A DNA stretch of 64,000 nt from positions 32,001 through 96,000 of the IMG/VR virus record IMGVR_UViG_3300043444_000140, one strand, 5' to 3'. A model generated the notes under the pieces. It was not told the origin of the DNA and searched no databases. It saw only the letters and a list, made by a program, of their open reading frames with translations. The stretch's first letter is position 1. Each line of letters starts with the position of its first letter. Position numbers and translations under genes: made by a program. This DNA comes from a virus. Shown in pieces: positions 27,301 to 36,728 of the stretch.

Positions 27301-30003
27301 GAGATCAAAGATCTTCGAGGCAATAAACTTTCAGTAGACATTGTGTCAAAGGCAAGTATCTTGAATGCAGACGAGATGGCAATCCTTAGAGATGACATGG
27401 AGTACTTCAATAGCATTGACACTAAAGAAGGACAACAACTATACTTGCAGACCGTTGCAACATATTCTGGAGTTGCAAAGATTGATGACCCAGGATTCCA
27501 GTCTTGGCTAGCAGCCGAGGGTAAGGCGTACAGGGCAGACTCTTATGGATGGATCAAGTATGTAGAGTGGCTAGCACAGAGAGCAACCAACACGAGAATT
27601 GGTGCCAATGCCTTTGCAAAGGACCCTAACGATACTCCTAGCAGCACAAGCAGTGGTCCATCAGCATCTTGGCTAGACGATTACGTTAAGGGCGTTAGAG
27701 ACCTAACAAATGCTTCTCAGGGTCTAACAGTTGGCTATGCAGCCTCGGCAAAGGCTTTAGATGCTTTTGCAAAGAAGAGTTCAAGTTTTAAGAATTCATT
27801 TAATGGTCTTGCCAATAACCTATATGCCTCTGGTATTAGCCAGGACATCATTGACAACATTCTTGGTATGCCAAAGGAAGAAGCCGAAAAAGAAATGAAG
27901 CGATTCTTTGACAAGAATGGCAAGGTAACAGAATTCCTAAAGAGGCTTCAAAAAACAGCAGCAATCACCAGAATTGCCAAAACAGTAGAGTCTGGACTGC
28001 AGTCAACAAGGTCAATCTATGACAGGGTGGATGCAACAAAGGCACTAGCCCTAGGCAATAAGAACGCAGCACTAACCTCAGAAATGCTTGCTGATTCAGA
28101 TATGGTTGTTGCCCTTGCAGGTGTAAAACTTATTGGCAACCTAAAGGATCAGAAGGATGCTGTAGAGAAGTTGACCAAGGCAAAACTTGCAAGCCTTGCT
28201 ATGGACAGACTGTCTAAGGGTAAGACTCAGAACGAAATTGATGATGCTCAAATCAAGATTGACGTTCTAGAGGCTGAAAACAACATCTACCAAAATGGAC
28301 TAGACATTATTTCCAAGAAGGCAGAAAAGATTGCAGAAGTTTACGATCGCCAAATCAAGGCACTCCAAGAGGTAAAGTCTGTAAACGACGAAATTTCAAG
28401 ACAAAAGCAGGGCGAACTAGACATTGCGGATGCACTATCTCGTGGTGACATTGGTGCTGCTGCAAAGGCTGCCCAACAACTAAGAGCACAAAATGCACAG
28501 GCTGCTGCAGAGGCACAAATGAAGGCTCTAGAAGATGCAAAGCAGAGAGCAATGGACTCAATAACTGTAGAGATTAATGGTCAAAAACTAACAAGAGCAG
28601 ACCTTGAGCAGAAGATGTATGATATCCAACTCCAGGTTCTTGAGATTAGAAAAGACGAAATTGTTCAAAACGAACTAATTCTTGCACAACAAAGACAAAG
28701 TTTAAACAGCCTTATTGCTCAAACAGCAGAGCAGATTAAGAGAAATGCTGAAGCAGGCAAGCCAATTACCCAAACCATTACTAAGGTCATTAAGACTGTC
28801 AGTTCTGGTAGTGGTGGCAATGGCGGAGGAAATCCAAATACAACTAATAACAACGATCCAAAAACAGAACTACCAACAACAATAACTCCACCAACCGCCA
28901 AGAGTTTGCTTGGTATTGGAACAAGCAAAGCAAAAGACTCGTCAGTAATTAAGAGCATGGATCCAAAAACAAGCAGTGACAAAGCCATCAAGGACTTTGG
29001 AACATTGTTTGCCGAAGGAGATAAGAGTGGGTTCACAAACTATGCAACAGATGCGATTGCCAAGCGAGCACTAAGTGCAGACAAGTATAAGGACTGGAAA
29101 GCATGGTTTGAAAAGTATTCTGCAGCAGAGACCATGGTCTCTTCGCTATACGGTACGAATGCAAAGACTGTTCTTGGAAGCATTAAAACTGGAACAAGAA
29201 ACAAAGAAAATATTAACAATATTGCTACAAGCATGTACAATGCTTATGGTGCCAAAGTAACAGGGGAGCAAAAAACCGAAGGCTTTGCAGACCTGTCTCC
29301 AGAACTTCGTGGAGCACTTAACTATCTGGTAACCCTAAATAGCAGTTTCCAGGCAAACAAGCAAGAACTTGCAACCGCTACAAGCACCATTAAGGGTTAT
29401 AAGTCAGCATATGAAAAGATTGACAGTCTTGCATCTATGAGAAAAACCTGGAGTGACGCTAAGGGTGCAGCAAAGAAGAATACAGAATATCAAAAACTAA
29501 TAGATGCTTATGGAGCATCCTTCGATTCAGATGTTCAGAAATACCTAACTTCTAGCAACTTGATGAAGCAAAATGTGTCCAACGCATATTCAACCAGGAA
29601 AGCACTGATAGACGCAAAATACAAAGAGTCAGACTTTTCTTGGATTCCAGGATACTTCTCTGGAATTGTGACACAAAACCCTGCATACAATGCAGATGTG
29701 AATAAGATTATTCCATCTAAGATTAAGTACTACTCTGTAGGAGATCTTGCAAAGGGCACCGACGTTGTCCCTGCAATGCTAACACCAGGTGAGTTTGTGG
29801 TCACTCAGCCAGCAGTTAAGAACTTTGGGGTAGACAATCTAAGGGCAATCAATAGTGGCACCTACGGCGGAGATTCAGTGTATAATTATAGTGTCAATGT
29901 AAATGTCTCTAATACAGGTGCTAATGCAAATGATATTGCCAGAACCGTAATGACACAGATTAAGCAAATTGACGCACAAAGACTTAGGAGCAACAATCTA
30001 TAA
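21307..30003 (+). CDS. tape measure protein (2898 aa) with internal cargo domains
   Basis: Follows the chaperones; TMP core (WAGRQLMVGFT, NFLNAVENQT, EGANALKSGLASL); hydrophobic segments; GPGTGTSDS/PAMLTPGEFV motifs. Confidence 0.93.
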   Translation: MADSQTNININIDTSQALANLQALQSQISAFQTSMARGTATQAANAAKLRQNLINDINATKKFAAGITDIKTTTESFTTSLEKNKFSMGQYFKYAGGATKNFGKLFKTEMATIDKVARERVKDLQTQYIQLGRDANGAMKAISVRPLVLDMENLGTKTAIAAQKQQILNQLLKQGSTNMLNWGKNTQWAGRQLMVGFTVPLTMAGTAAAKAFMDMEQAAIKFSRVYGSFGTTTKDVDAMVDSVKRLASEFTKYGVAVSDTMTMAADAAAAGKEGVELLEQVTNATRLAILGNVDQQQALETTMSLTNAFGIAAEELTGKINFLNAVENQTVTAIEDLTIAIPKAAPVIQQLGGDVEDLAFFLTAMKEGGINASEGANALKSGLASLINPTNKASEFLQSFGINVKNIVESNMGDVKGLVVEFASALDTLDPLNRARAIEQMFGKFQFSRLSTLFQNVIDEGSQANKVLGLTRATSEELAILSERELKKVESSPMFKFQKSIEDIKAKLVPIGEAFLKAITPVIDFVGKFLDGFNKMSEGAKSFWITTTAILAGVGPALLMTVGLVANGIANLIKMFASIKSFINRTSQDTNALGESTSYMTAEQIRAAAVAASLEQVHQTLEQRFTSEAASVDKLTQAYGRNIAAQSAYSNANLIPTTPVRGAKKFATGGFVSGPGTGTSDSIPAMLSNGEAVIPAKSVAQNPDLVRGLIAGNVKGYSQGGIANGKAVVAFGAHQPFTVAHEMIARMGMDMAAESGATFKQFSTAQGKSKRSLLTDDLKKKLIQESIGITPDITKNPFTLMESLSAQGIKDVTLLLGQDRMAAGVFDKAAADYGITLRKVAIPRDPGSPSGTETRLAISNNNTRRYQELIASGASQATKDEVFKQMKSAMSMPKMAKGGIVSGPGTGTSDSVPTLLSRGEAVIPAKSVASNPELVRGLIANNIPGFSEGFDSTGLISAAMAKYRGSKPEVFQAQFERELEDILKTTGDTQTMLLEQLQKYVDTTKTTAKATMKRFMSQNEEQGKNLRPLYNRKAAQQAGGDFAHVEDSREVSAQYVLDNSPNLQAGHRERLERLVANNPDYKVMAGSGLGFTQSNALNLKMSRGKKSAPVEEFLADFESRGVGKWTQSAEIAGLKMADISDELKIYDDALAAGVRQWQGMNPTLELTQQEFANIERNVRTTIAPQIPVVAQAFGDLANELHDLRYLVGEKEFAATGIKKNPYRQFPRKGKKSATDALSPVPLSEMPLTLSNEFADEAAVQAQTKSPSKRTRKVAKDTVDGYVLELENGEARVAEAAATAEKKRGKMAGIGDKASGFFARRKQQAALDKQMAAERTAIASELLLATDKEYGALAAQRQLLNRKVTLTDAEYADLLKTINLMGVKEAEIATDIKNNGAESKVLKERIALAAERGIAINAEQAANLKEQKLSRRERLGNFVRGGAGRMSGIGMTASMVAGSLTMIPGAIGEMAQSITPVIGGLSMMSMMIQGPVSAGIVGLVAAIGAVVYGFMQYNASIDKGIDKALAFGDALGSGTKAMQGLAEFAGNVTASEVLDRRRTQAVNPYQVVSGKTTFGESYLESDGGKAMAKAIGDQAKVSGKAGVGGNMKNQLVSAVLSGALGAAQARSIAVNLGRELGDEELGIRVAGEIAELVGPNGENVLKDGLAIRVKMMQETRGQIGSSAANLNQMGGFTGTEMLQTGGGIAAGAGAGAVAGAVIGSFLGPIGTGVGAIVGTIAGGITGGLLGAQEHAERLGYLAGATVSIQSTALEQQKQMLDSLELDYEKRIEAAKAAGDTAKADELQNKLIAERQNLLKQNALTQQTITDSFKNSQYQNEMMAGVDKAIEKKYKDTPMEDIAKVARDKLGGIQNREQQFTMKMLLNTNVDPLQMLAITDIMGTDQSAISKVLNINANLGGSNLNQVMAISGLFTDQNGKPATQIQKDFIIRMSSVTDGEQANKLMTLYSELGKSGMGWVNASVLVDFVSKNPALETKLMNDIQEIKDLRGNKLSVDIVSKASILNADEMAILRDDMEYFNSIDTKEGQQLYLQTVATYSGVAKIDDPGFQSWLAAEGKAYRADSYGWIKYVEWLAQRATNTRIGANAFAKDPNDTPSSTSSGPSASWLDDYVKGVRDLTNASQGLTVGYAASAKALDAFAKKSSSFKNSFNGLANNLYASGISQDIIDNILGMPKEEAEKEMKRFFDKNGKVTEFLKRLQKTAAITRIAKTVESGLQSTRSIYDRVDATKALALGNKNAALTSEMLADSDMVVALAGVKLIGNLKDQKDAVEKLTKAKLASLAMDRLSKGKTQNEIDDAQIKIDVLEAENNIYQNGLDIISKKAEKIAEVYDRQIKALQEVKSVNDEISRQKQGELDIADALSRGDIGAAAKAAQQLRAQNAQAAAEAQMKALEDAKQRAMDSITVEINGQKLTRADLEQKMYDIQLQVLEIRKDEIVQNELILAQQRQSLNSLIAQTAEQIKRNAEAGKPITQTITKVIKTVSSGSGGNGGGNPNTTNNNDPKTELPTTITPPTAKSLLGIGTSKAKDSSVIKSMDPKTSSDKAIKDFGTLFAEGDKSGFTNYATDAIAKRALSADKYKDWKAWFEKYSAAETMVSSLYGTNAKTVLGSIKTGTRNKENINNIATSMYNAYGAKVTGEQKTEGFADLSPELRGALNYLVTLNSSFQANKQELATATSTIKGYKSAYEKIDSLASMRKTWSDAKGAAKKNTEYQKLIDAYGASFDSDVQKYLTSSNLMKQNVSNAYSTRKALIDAKYKESDFSWIPGYFSGIVTQNPAYNADVNKIIPSKIKYYSVGDLAKGTDVVPAMLTPGEFVVTQPAVKNFGVDNLRAINSGTYGGDSVYNYSVNVNVSNTGANANDIARTVMTQIKQIDAQRLRSNNL
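23302..24156 (+). repeat. two 56-aa direct repeats inside the TMP (23302-23469 and 23989-24156); degenerate third copy near 29731-29859
   Basis: 41 of 56 residues identical by manual alignment. Confidence 0.9.
23482..23975 (+). other. HIGH-superfamily nucleotidyltransferase (cytidyltransferase-like) domain embedded in the TMP
   Basis: VVAFGAHQPFTVAH, L..KKKLI, GIKDVTLLLGQDR and SGTETR motifs in the canonical order. Confidence 0.75.
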
Positions 30004-30659
30004 TGACCACATCGTCTTATATGGCAGGAAGAAAGAAGTACGCCAGACCACAGGCACTACTACTCTCTGATGTTCCAGGAACCCTAACAGAGGATGGATT
30101 CTACGTACCAGTAGGATACGAGTTGGGGTCTAACGAAGATATTGTTTCTGCATCATCGGAAGACCTGGGTACATTTCTAATCCTGTCAGACGACAACCGT
30201 CAAGACATTTCTTTCAAGCCTATCCGAATCGAAAAGCGTGAGCGTATGATTAATGGTCGTATGCGTTCATACCACGTAGCAGACAAGTTGCAGATATCCA
30301 CATCTTGGGAAAGACTGCCATCAAGAAGTTTTGCATCTTCTCCAGAATTTGACGAAGAGGGAAACCCAGTTCTAAGAACCAAGTCTACTCTTGCTTCTGG
30401 AATGAGCCAGATGTTTACAACAGATGGTGGTGCAGGTGGCGTTGAGTTGCTAGACTGGTATGAAAACCACAAGGGATCGTTCTGGCTATTTCTATCTTAC
30501 GACAGACATGATAATTTTGTGGGGGACTACAAATATAACCAGTTGCACAAGTACTCAGACATTATAGAAGTATTCTTTACAGACTTCTCATACTCTGTAG
30601 AAAAAAGAGGACAGGGCTTTGACTTTTGGAACATATCCTTTAGCCTGGAAGAGGTATAG
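30003..30659 (+). CDS. distal tail (Dit-like) protein
   Basis: Directly after the TMP; RIEKRERMINGRMRSYH..W; FWNISFSLEEV. Confidence 0.65.
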   Translation: MTTSSYMAGRKKYARPQALLLSDVPGTLTEDGFYVPVGYELGSNEDIVSASSEDLGTFLILSDDNRQDISFKPIRIEKRERMINGRMRSYHVADKLQISTSWERLPSRSFASSPEFDEEGNPVLRTKSTLASGMSQMFTTDGGAGGVELLDWYENHKGSFWLFLSYDRHDNFVGDYKYNQLHKYSDIIEVFFTDFSYSVEKRGQGFDFWNISFSLEEV

Positions 30660-30661
30660 GA

Positions 30662-33600
30662 ATGTTTTATGATGCAAAACTACAAGAACACCTGGAGACA
30701 TCTTCTTCAGTAAAGAATAAATCGCTAATCGTTGCCGAATGGAACATGAATATTCCAGACAACATTTCTATGGTGGGCAACTATCGCTATAGAAAAGACT
30801 CAGCCACATACAGGTTTCTTCCAGTACAGTTTTTGGAAAATGATCCAGCCCACAAAGGTGCGACTCTATCAGACGTAGTTGTTGACAACGGATTTGACGT
30901 TGACGATAACCCAATTCAATTCTCTTCTGCAGACAAGAAAGAAAGTTTCTATTACTCGCTTGACGAGTGTCTTGGCAAGTTTCGTCCACGCTCTGGAATT
31001 AACAAGGTAAGGTTCTTTGGACAGGATTCGGGCGTACACTTTCTAAATGGAACAACAGAAAATGGCTTGGGTCAGTCATTCCTTGACACGAATAGACCAA
31101 GATACTATGCTCCAGATAAGGGAGATAAGTTTAAGTACTGGACATCATTTAGATTTGAAAGTGGACTAGAGTATGGAGTAGCCAATAAGGCTATAGCAGG
31201 ATCTGCGGAGTACAAGATTGACGATGCAGTGCCATTTGTTGTATACAAAGACAGTGTTCCTGCAAACAGGGTAGTTGTCAAGATGCAAACAAATGTGGGA
31301 ACCGTTACTGTTGGACCAGTATTGACAGAGCAGGGAACCATTCCAGACCCACTATATGGAATAAGCAACGCAACTGTGCCAGTTAGATGGAAGATTCAAG
31401 GTCTAGTAGGCAACAACTGGGAAGATCTAAAGTCCTTTGATTCTAACTCTATTAGAAGAAGCGGTAAACCAATCATCGGTGAAGATGGATATGTAGAACT
31501 ATCGTATGGATTGATTGTGCCAGAAGAATATAGGGATATCTTTATTCAGGCAGAGACATATTATACTGCATCAGTGCTACCAATTAAGGCTGTCAACGGG
31601 TACGCATACCTGATTAAGAATTCTCTAGACGATGTAGGGACATACCACATCTGGATTGATGATGCACAAGAGTACAAGACGTTTGTTCCAAAGTACGGTT
31701 GGGAAGTTGCAGAAGAGACTGTAGACAGATTCACACACTACGTAGTTGACACAACCAATCCAGACAACTTTAAGGACACTACTAATCAGTTTAGAAAGAC
31801 ATTCAGAGAGTACCAAGAACTTCGTGGAATTAGAATTGTGGTAGACTCTATGAAAAAGTTTGACTCTACCTTCGACCTAATTGAGATGTCTACACGCCTA
31901 GCAGTAAACATAACCGAAAAGACAAAGAGCGTATCTGTTAAGAAGATAGCGTCCGATCTAGGAATTAGCGGTCTTCCTGTTGGACAACTATTAGCATCTA
32001 CGGGAACGATAGAAATATTTGATTATGATGATGCTTTTAATAGAAACAACATCTATAATATTGACACAAATACAAGCGGAAGTATTATTGCAAAGTATGC
32101 AGCAAATCAAATTCAATTTAAGATTTATGATGTCACGGCAGAAGTCTTGGAAAACGGCATCTACTACGACTACTTTGTTCCCATTAAGACGCTGTACGGC
32201 GACGGATTCCCACAACTAAATGTAGAGTCTAGGTCTGTCAATATCAACCTAAGAGACATGTTCTCATACTTTGAGTCGTTTACCGCACCACAGATATTAG
32301 CCACAGACGCTTCCCTGAGTTATGCCGTATCCTTCTTGCTAGATAGCATTGGCTTTGGAAATTATGTATTTAAGAGAACTGCCTCAGAGTCAGAGCCAAT
32401 CATTCCATTCTTTTATGTAGAGCCAGATGTAACTGTTGCAGACATCCTCAACGAACTTGCCAGATCTACCCAGACCGCAATGTTCTTTGACGAGTACAAC
32501 AACTTTGTCATGATGTCAAAAAACTATATGCTCCCAAGTGCTTCCGACAGAGGGCAAGATCTCACTCTTTATGGATCAGCAGACTCTGCAAGAAATGGGG
32601 TAGAGAGAAACGCAAAAACTAAGAGCAAACTAGCGAATATTATTAGTATTGCAAGCCAAGACACGGAGGTTTACAATGATGGAAAGATTAATTTTACAAC
32701 CAGATATATTCAAAAGTCATACTCTTCAATTGAGCAGGCTAACAAACTAGACCGTGACAAGAAGTGGACGTACAAGCCTTCCTTGCTATGGGAGGTATCT
32801 CCTTCAGAGGCAACCAAGGGTCAGAACGAAGAAGATGGATCTCTATCAGTCTACTCACTTACGGCAATACCACTCAAGACCGACCTATCTGAGGCACTTC
32901 CAAAGGTAAACAACAAGGGTGAAATCATTAACAATATAATTGACTTTGGCGATGCAGCATTCTGGATGGGAAGATACGCAGGATACTTCTACGCCAATGG
33001 TGAAATTATTAGGTACGACGCAGTAGAGTATTCAGTTCTAGGTGGAGGTGCTTCAACTGCGTGGATTAGCAGCCTAGAAGAGTATCAGTACTACTTCTCA
33101 AAGATTCCTTTTAATGGCAAGATGTATCCGACAGGAAGAGTTAGAATCTATGCAAAGCCATTCTATAGCAAAGAGACAGGTCTGCCACTACAAGACAATG
33201 TCGAGGTCCATGGTCGTGGTCAATTTGGTACCTCTGTTGTAGCACACAAGGCAGGCATCTCTGGTTCAGAGTGGACTACAAATGTTTCTGGAGTCACAAT
33301 GGACGCTGACTATATCTTCAGTGCCATCGGAAACTTCCAACTCAGAGATGGGTACGTGCCATACAAGGCAACTATTCCATTGCAGTTCTTTGGATCTGGA
33401 TCAAACAACTGGACGCTATCTGGTCCAGGTACGCTGTCAAAGACATCTGGAACAGCGGTTGGGGCATCTACAGACTCTTCTGTATCAACAAACATAAGAA
33501 GCGAAAAGGAGCATAGTTACTCTTTGTCAATCGCTGGCACAAAAGTCTACGAGGTATCTCAAAAACTGAAGGACCAGTACAACGTTGACAATAAGACATT

Positions 33601-36169
33601 GCTTGGAGAAATGTACGTAAAAAATGTTCAGGCAGGAACAACTGCTGGAACGTCAAAACTGACACTGTCAGTGACACTGCCTTCGTACAGGTCTTTCTTT
33701 AAGGATACTACAACTGCAGGCAAATCACCTAGTGGATCTTTTTCTTGGAGCATTGTCGGAGCCCCCGTGACTGGTGGAAACTATGGAACAATTAAAGCAG
33801 GCAAGAAGACAGTTAAAGATAAAAAGGGCAACAACGTTATTCAGGACGACGCTACCAAGACCAAGATTTATCAGGGAGAAAGCACAACCGCTATGACCCC
33901 AACTTCTGGAACAGAAACAAGTGCAAACCTTGTTATTGACTTAGTGGTGGACAACGTATCTAGAGATACTCTAAATCCTTTCTGGCTTATCGTCGGTACA
34001 AATACAGACCCTGTTAGAACTATTCAGATAAAGCCAGGAACAGTTTCTGGAGTAATTAAGCCATTGACCACAAAAGAGGTTGCCTACAACAACAGGACAA
34101 TTCATGTCGAAGATACTAGCGGTATTAAGGTGGGACAGTCTCTAAAACTAGGTAAAAAAGAAACAATCGTCAGTGGTTCAGAGAGCAAGATCGTCAATCC
34201 ATTTGACGTAGACAATAGCAAGAACCTCAGAGTTGCCTCTATCATAGACGAAAATAAGTTTACCATTAAGCACAAGGGCGATGCCCAGGGAGGTATCTCT
34301 ACTGCCAATCTTGGCAAAGATATGGAAACATTAACGTTCGAAGAACTAAGGACTCTGACATCAAATCCAGAGATAAAGGCTGGTTCCCAGACTAACCTAA
34401 GCGGTAAGAAAAACAGTTCAACCCTAGCAGCAGAGTCAACAAGAACTGGTGTTATAAAGAACTTCCTTAGCACAAACTCTGGTGTTGACGATACTGGTGT
34501 TGCAAATCCAAACACCATTCCACAAGGAAGCGTACAGTCTTCGGCACTCATTTTGTCTGGTCCATCTTTTACGAATGCAGATGACCCAGAGAGCGTTAAC
34601 TTTATTTCCTATGCATACAAAGAACTTTCAAAAACAGCAAAGTACAAGTACTTTGGAACAAGGCTTAGACTTGTTGGTAGATATGACTACGGAAACCAGC
34701 AATCTGGAGTTGGAGAAGAAGTTTGGTACACCAACAAACAACTCTCTGCGTCTGGTCTTCCAGGCACAGGAACCACAGTAAAGGCTTCATCTGCTGGAAT
34801 GGCTGTTATGCTAAATCCAAAAACTAACAACGGATACTATTTTGAAATTGCAGCGGTATCGGATACAGGAGTTGCAAAGCAGATTGTAAAGTATTCCGAT
34901 GATGGTAAGCAAATAGAAGACCCAATCCACAACCTGCTTTTCTACAAGATGAATGCTGGTGTTGACGAAGACGGTGCCCTTCTTGACAAAGACAAGGCTA
35001 CTCCCGTAAAACTATGGGGAGGATTTACAAACATTCTAGTTGACGACGGACTGCTGACTGGTCAGGCTAGAATGACATCCACATCTATTCCAAACACAGT
35101 TTATGACATTGCTGTGGAGTATGAGATTGTAAATGAAAATCACATCAAGTTCTATCTATATGTTAATAACATTCTCGTAGGCACTGTAACAGACAAAGAG
35201 CCATTCCTCGACTCAGCAAGCAAGCCAATCATCTACAATAACATGGGGCTGTTTGTACGTGGAAAGGCTAAGGCAATGTTTGAGAACGTGTTTGCTATGG
35301 GAGCAAACCCTAGCCAAAACCGTGGCACAGATGTTGTAGCAGGTGGAGTTGTAAACGGTGTGTTTAGCGAAGACTCAATAAATCTAAATGAGTCAATGAA
35401 GAAATACGCACTAAGCGGAATTATTCCAGAAAAGTATTTGAGCGGAATTGACTCTGCAACACCTGCTAGCAGTAATCTTTATTATGACGAATTCGGAACG
35501 ATCATGCGAGAGGTAGCATACTTTAATGTAAGATACGACAAGTCCTATCCAGCACTAGTAGCCCAGATAGCACCAACATATAACAATAATAGGGGTTTCT
35601 TCGTTTCTGGATTCATCGCTGGACCATACTCTGCAGAGTTCTTGGTGTTTAACGCAACAGACTCTGTGCTATATCTTGACGGCAGTGGGGGAAACTACCT
35701 AAGAATTAACGGTATAACATTCACTCAACAGTCAACTCACGAACTAACAGTTGATGAATACTTTGCTCTTAGAAGCAGTTTGTCAGATCCACAAACTCCA
35801 GTAGGTTCCGACCTTGTAAAATCTCCACTAAAAGAAGCACAAGAATACAACGTGATTAGAAACAGTAGATCTGCTTATGGCAAAAAAGAATTTACGCTAG
35901 ACTCAAGATATATCCAGAGTCAGGACTACGCAAACGGATTGATGGGATGGCTAATTGGCAAGATCATGAAGCCAAGAAAATCAGTTGGAGTGACCGTATT
36001 TTCTATGCCAACCATCCAACTTGGAGACATTGTGTCGATTGATATGGTAGACTCAGATGGCAAAGACATGGTTGCACCAAGTTCGTCAAGATTTGTGGTT
36101 TACCAGATTGACTATGAGAAGTCGTCTGAGGGACCGTCAATGTCTGTTTATCTAAGTGAGGTAGTATAG
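30662..36169 (+). CDS. large minor tail/tail-tip (Tal/hub-like) protein
   Basis: 1835 aa after Dit; C-terminal IQLGDIVSID..VYQIDY hub-like motif. Confidence 0.7.
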   Translation: MFYDAKLQEHLETSSSVKNKSLIVAEWNMNIPDNISMVGNYRYRKDSATYRFLPVQFLENDPAHKGATLSDVVVDNGFDVDDNPIQFSSADKKESFYYSLDECLGKFRPRSGINKVRFFGQDSGVHFLNGTTENGLGQSFLDTNRPRYYAPDKGDKFKYWTSFRFESGLEYGVANKAIAGSAEYKIDDAVPFVVYKDSVPANRVVVKMQTNVGTVTVGPVLTEQGTIPDPLYGISNATVPVRWKIQGLVGNNWEDLKSFDSNSIRRSGKPIIGEDGYVELSYGLIVPEEYRDIFIQAETYYTASVLPIKAVNGYAYLIKNSLDDVGTYHIWIDDAQEYKTFVPKYGWEVAEETVDRFTHYVVDTTNPDNFKDTTNQFRKTFREYQELRGIRIVVDSMKKFDSTFDLIEMSTRLAVNITEKTKSVSVKKIASDLGISGLPVGQLLASTGTIEIFDYDDAFNRNNIYNIDTNTSGSIIAKYAANQIQFKIYDVTAEVLENGIYYDYFVPIKTLYGDGFPQLNVESRSVNINLRDMFSYFESFTAPQILATDASLSYAVSFLLDSIGFGNYVFKRTASESEPIIPFFYVEPDVTVADILNELARSTQTAMFFDEYNNFVMMSKNYMLPSASDRGQDLTLYGSADSARNGVERNAKTKSKLANIISIASQDTEVYNDGKINFTTRYIQKSYSSIEQANKLDRDKKWTYKPSLLWEVSPSEATKGQNEEDGSLSVYSLTAIPLKTDLSEALPKVNNKGEIINNIIDFGDAAFWMGRYAGYFYANGEIIRYDAVEYSVLGGGASTAWISSLEEYQYYFSKIPFNGKMYPTGRVRIYAKPFYSKETGLPLQDNVEVHGRGQFGTSVVAHKAGISGSEWTTNVSGVTMDADYIFSAIGNFQLRDGYVPYKATIPLQFFGSGSNNWTLSGPGTLSKTSGTAVGASTDSSVSTNIRSEKEHSYSLSIAGTKVYEVSQKLKDQYNVDNKTLLGEMYVKNVQAGTTAGTSKLTLSVTLPSYRSFFKDTTTAGKSPSGSFSWSIVGAPVTGGNYGTIKAGKKTVKDKKGNNVIQDDATKTKIYQGESTTAMTPTSGTETSANLVIDLVVDNVSRDTLNPFWLIVGTNTDPVRTIQIKPGTVSGVIKPLTTKEVAYNNRTIHVEDTSGIKVGQSLKLGKKETIVSGSESKIVNPFDVDNSKNLRVASIIDENKFTIKHKGDAQGGISTANLGKDMETLTFEELRTLTSNPEIKAGSQTNLSGKKNSSTLAAESTRTGVIKNFLSTNSGVDDTGVANPNTIPQGSVQSSALILSGPSFTNADDPESVNFISYAYKELSKTAKYKYFGTRLRLVGRYDYGNQQSGVGEEVWYTNKQLSASGLPGTGTTVKASSAGMAVMLNPKTNNGYYFEIAAVSDTGVAKQIVKYSDDGKQIEDPIHNLLFYKMNAGVDEDGALLDKDKATPVKLWGGFTNILVDDGLLTGQARMTSTSIPNTVYDIAVEYEIVNENHIKFYLYVNNILVGTVTDKEPFLDSASKPIIYNNMGLFVRGKAKAMFENVFAMGANPSQNRGTDVVAGGVVNGVFSEDSINLNESMKKYALSGIIPEKYLSGIDSATPASSNLYYDEFGTIMREVAYFNVRYDKSYPALVAQIAPTYNNNRGFFVSGFIAGPYSAEFLVFNATDSVLYLDGSGGNYLRINGITFTQQSTHELTVDEYFALRSSLSDPQTPVGSDLVKSPLKEAQEYNVIRNSRSAYGKKEFTLDSRYIQSQDYANGLMGWLIGKIMKPRKSVGVTVFSMPTIQLGDIVSIDMVDSDGKDMVAPSSSRFVVYQIDYEKSSEGPSMSVYLSEVV

Positions 36170-36170
36170 T

Positions 36171-36707
36171 ATGCCATATATGGGAGTCGGTTTTGGCTTA
36201 GGTAGGAATAAGGGTCCGCTCATTGACGGAGACTACGTAATGACTAACAGTCCTATTTCTGCAACACCTGGACAGCCACAAAATGTAACCAAGGAAACTG
36301 GCAAAAAACTTCCAGTTGCCATTTCAATTCCTGGTCACATCATCACGGAAGAAGACTCTGGATCAGAAAACGAGATTATTGAGGAACTGTTTGAAGACCT
36401 ATCCCTATTTGAATTGATGGACTTTGGTAGAAGCGAAACGGTACTTGGTCAAAACGTTTCCTATAAGCCAATTAAGAATATATCGGACATATACTTTACG
36501 TATAGTCCAAAAAAGATTTTGGCACTGCAAGGAACATTCGATTCTTCTGGAGATAATTCTACAATCAGGCTCGACGACTTTATTGTAGATGACCAGATAA
36601 CCATTGATCCAAACACTGGAGACATCCTGGTAGCATTTGAAAACGTTACTGAGGACACAATCATACAGATAGAACTAGTTTCTGGTGGAGAAATCCAAGA
36701 CAGTTAA
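36171..36707 (+). CDS. hypothetical tail-region protein (start may be 36240)
   Basis: ORF in the tail operon. Confidence 0.6.
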   Translation: MPYMGVGFGLGRNKGPLIDGDYVMTNSPISATPGQPQNVTKETGKKLPVAISIPGHIITEEDSGSENEIIEELFEDLSLFELMDFGRSETVLGQNVSYKPIKNISDIYFTYSPKKILALQGTFDSSGDNSTIRLDDFIVDDQITIDPNTGDILVAFENVTEDTIIQIELVSGGEIQDS

Positions 36708-36728
36708 TGGTACAATAGAGGAGATATT

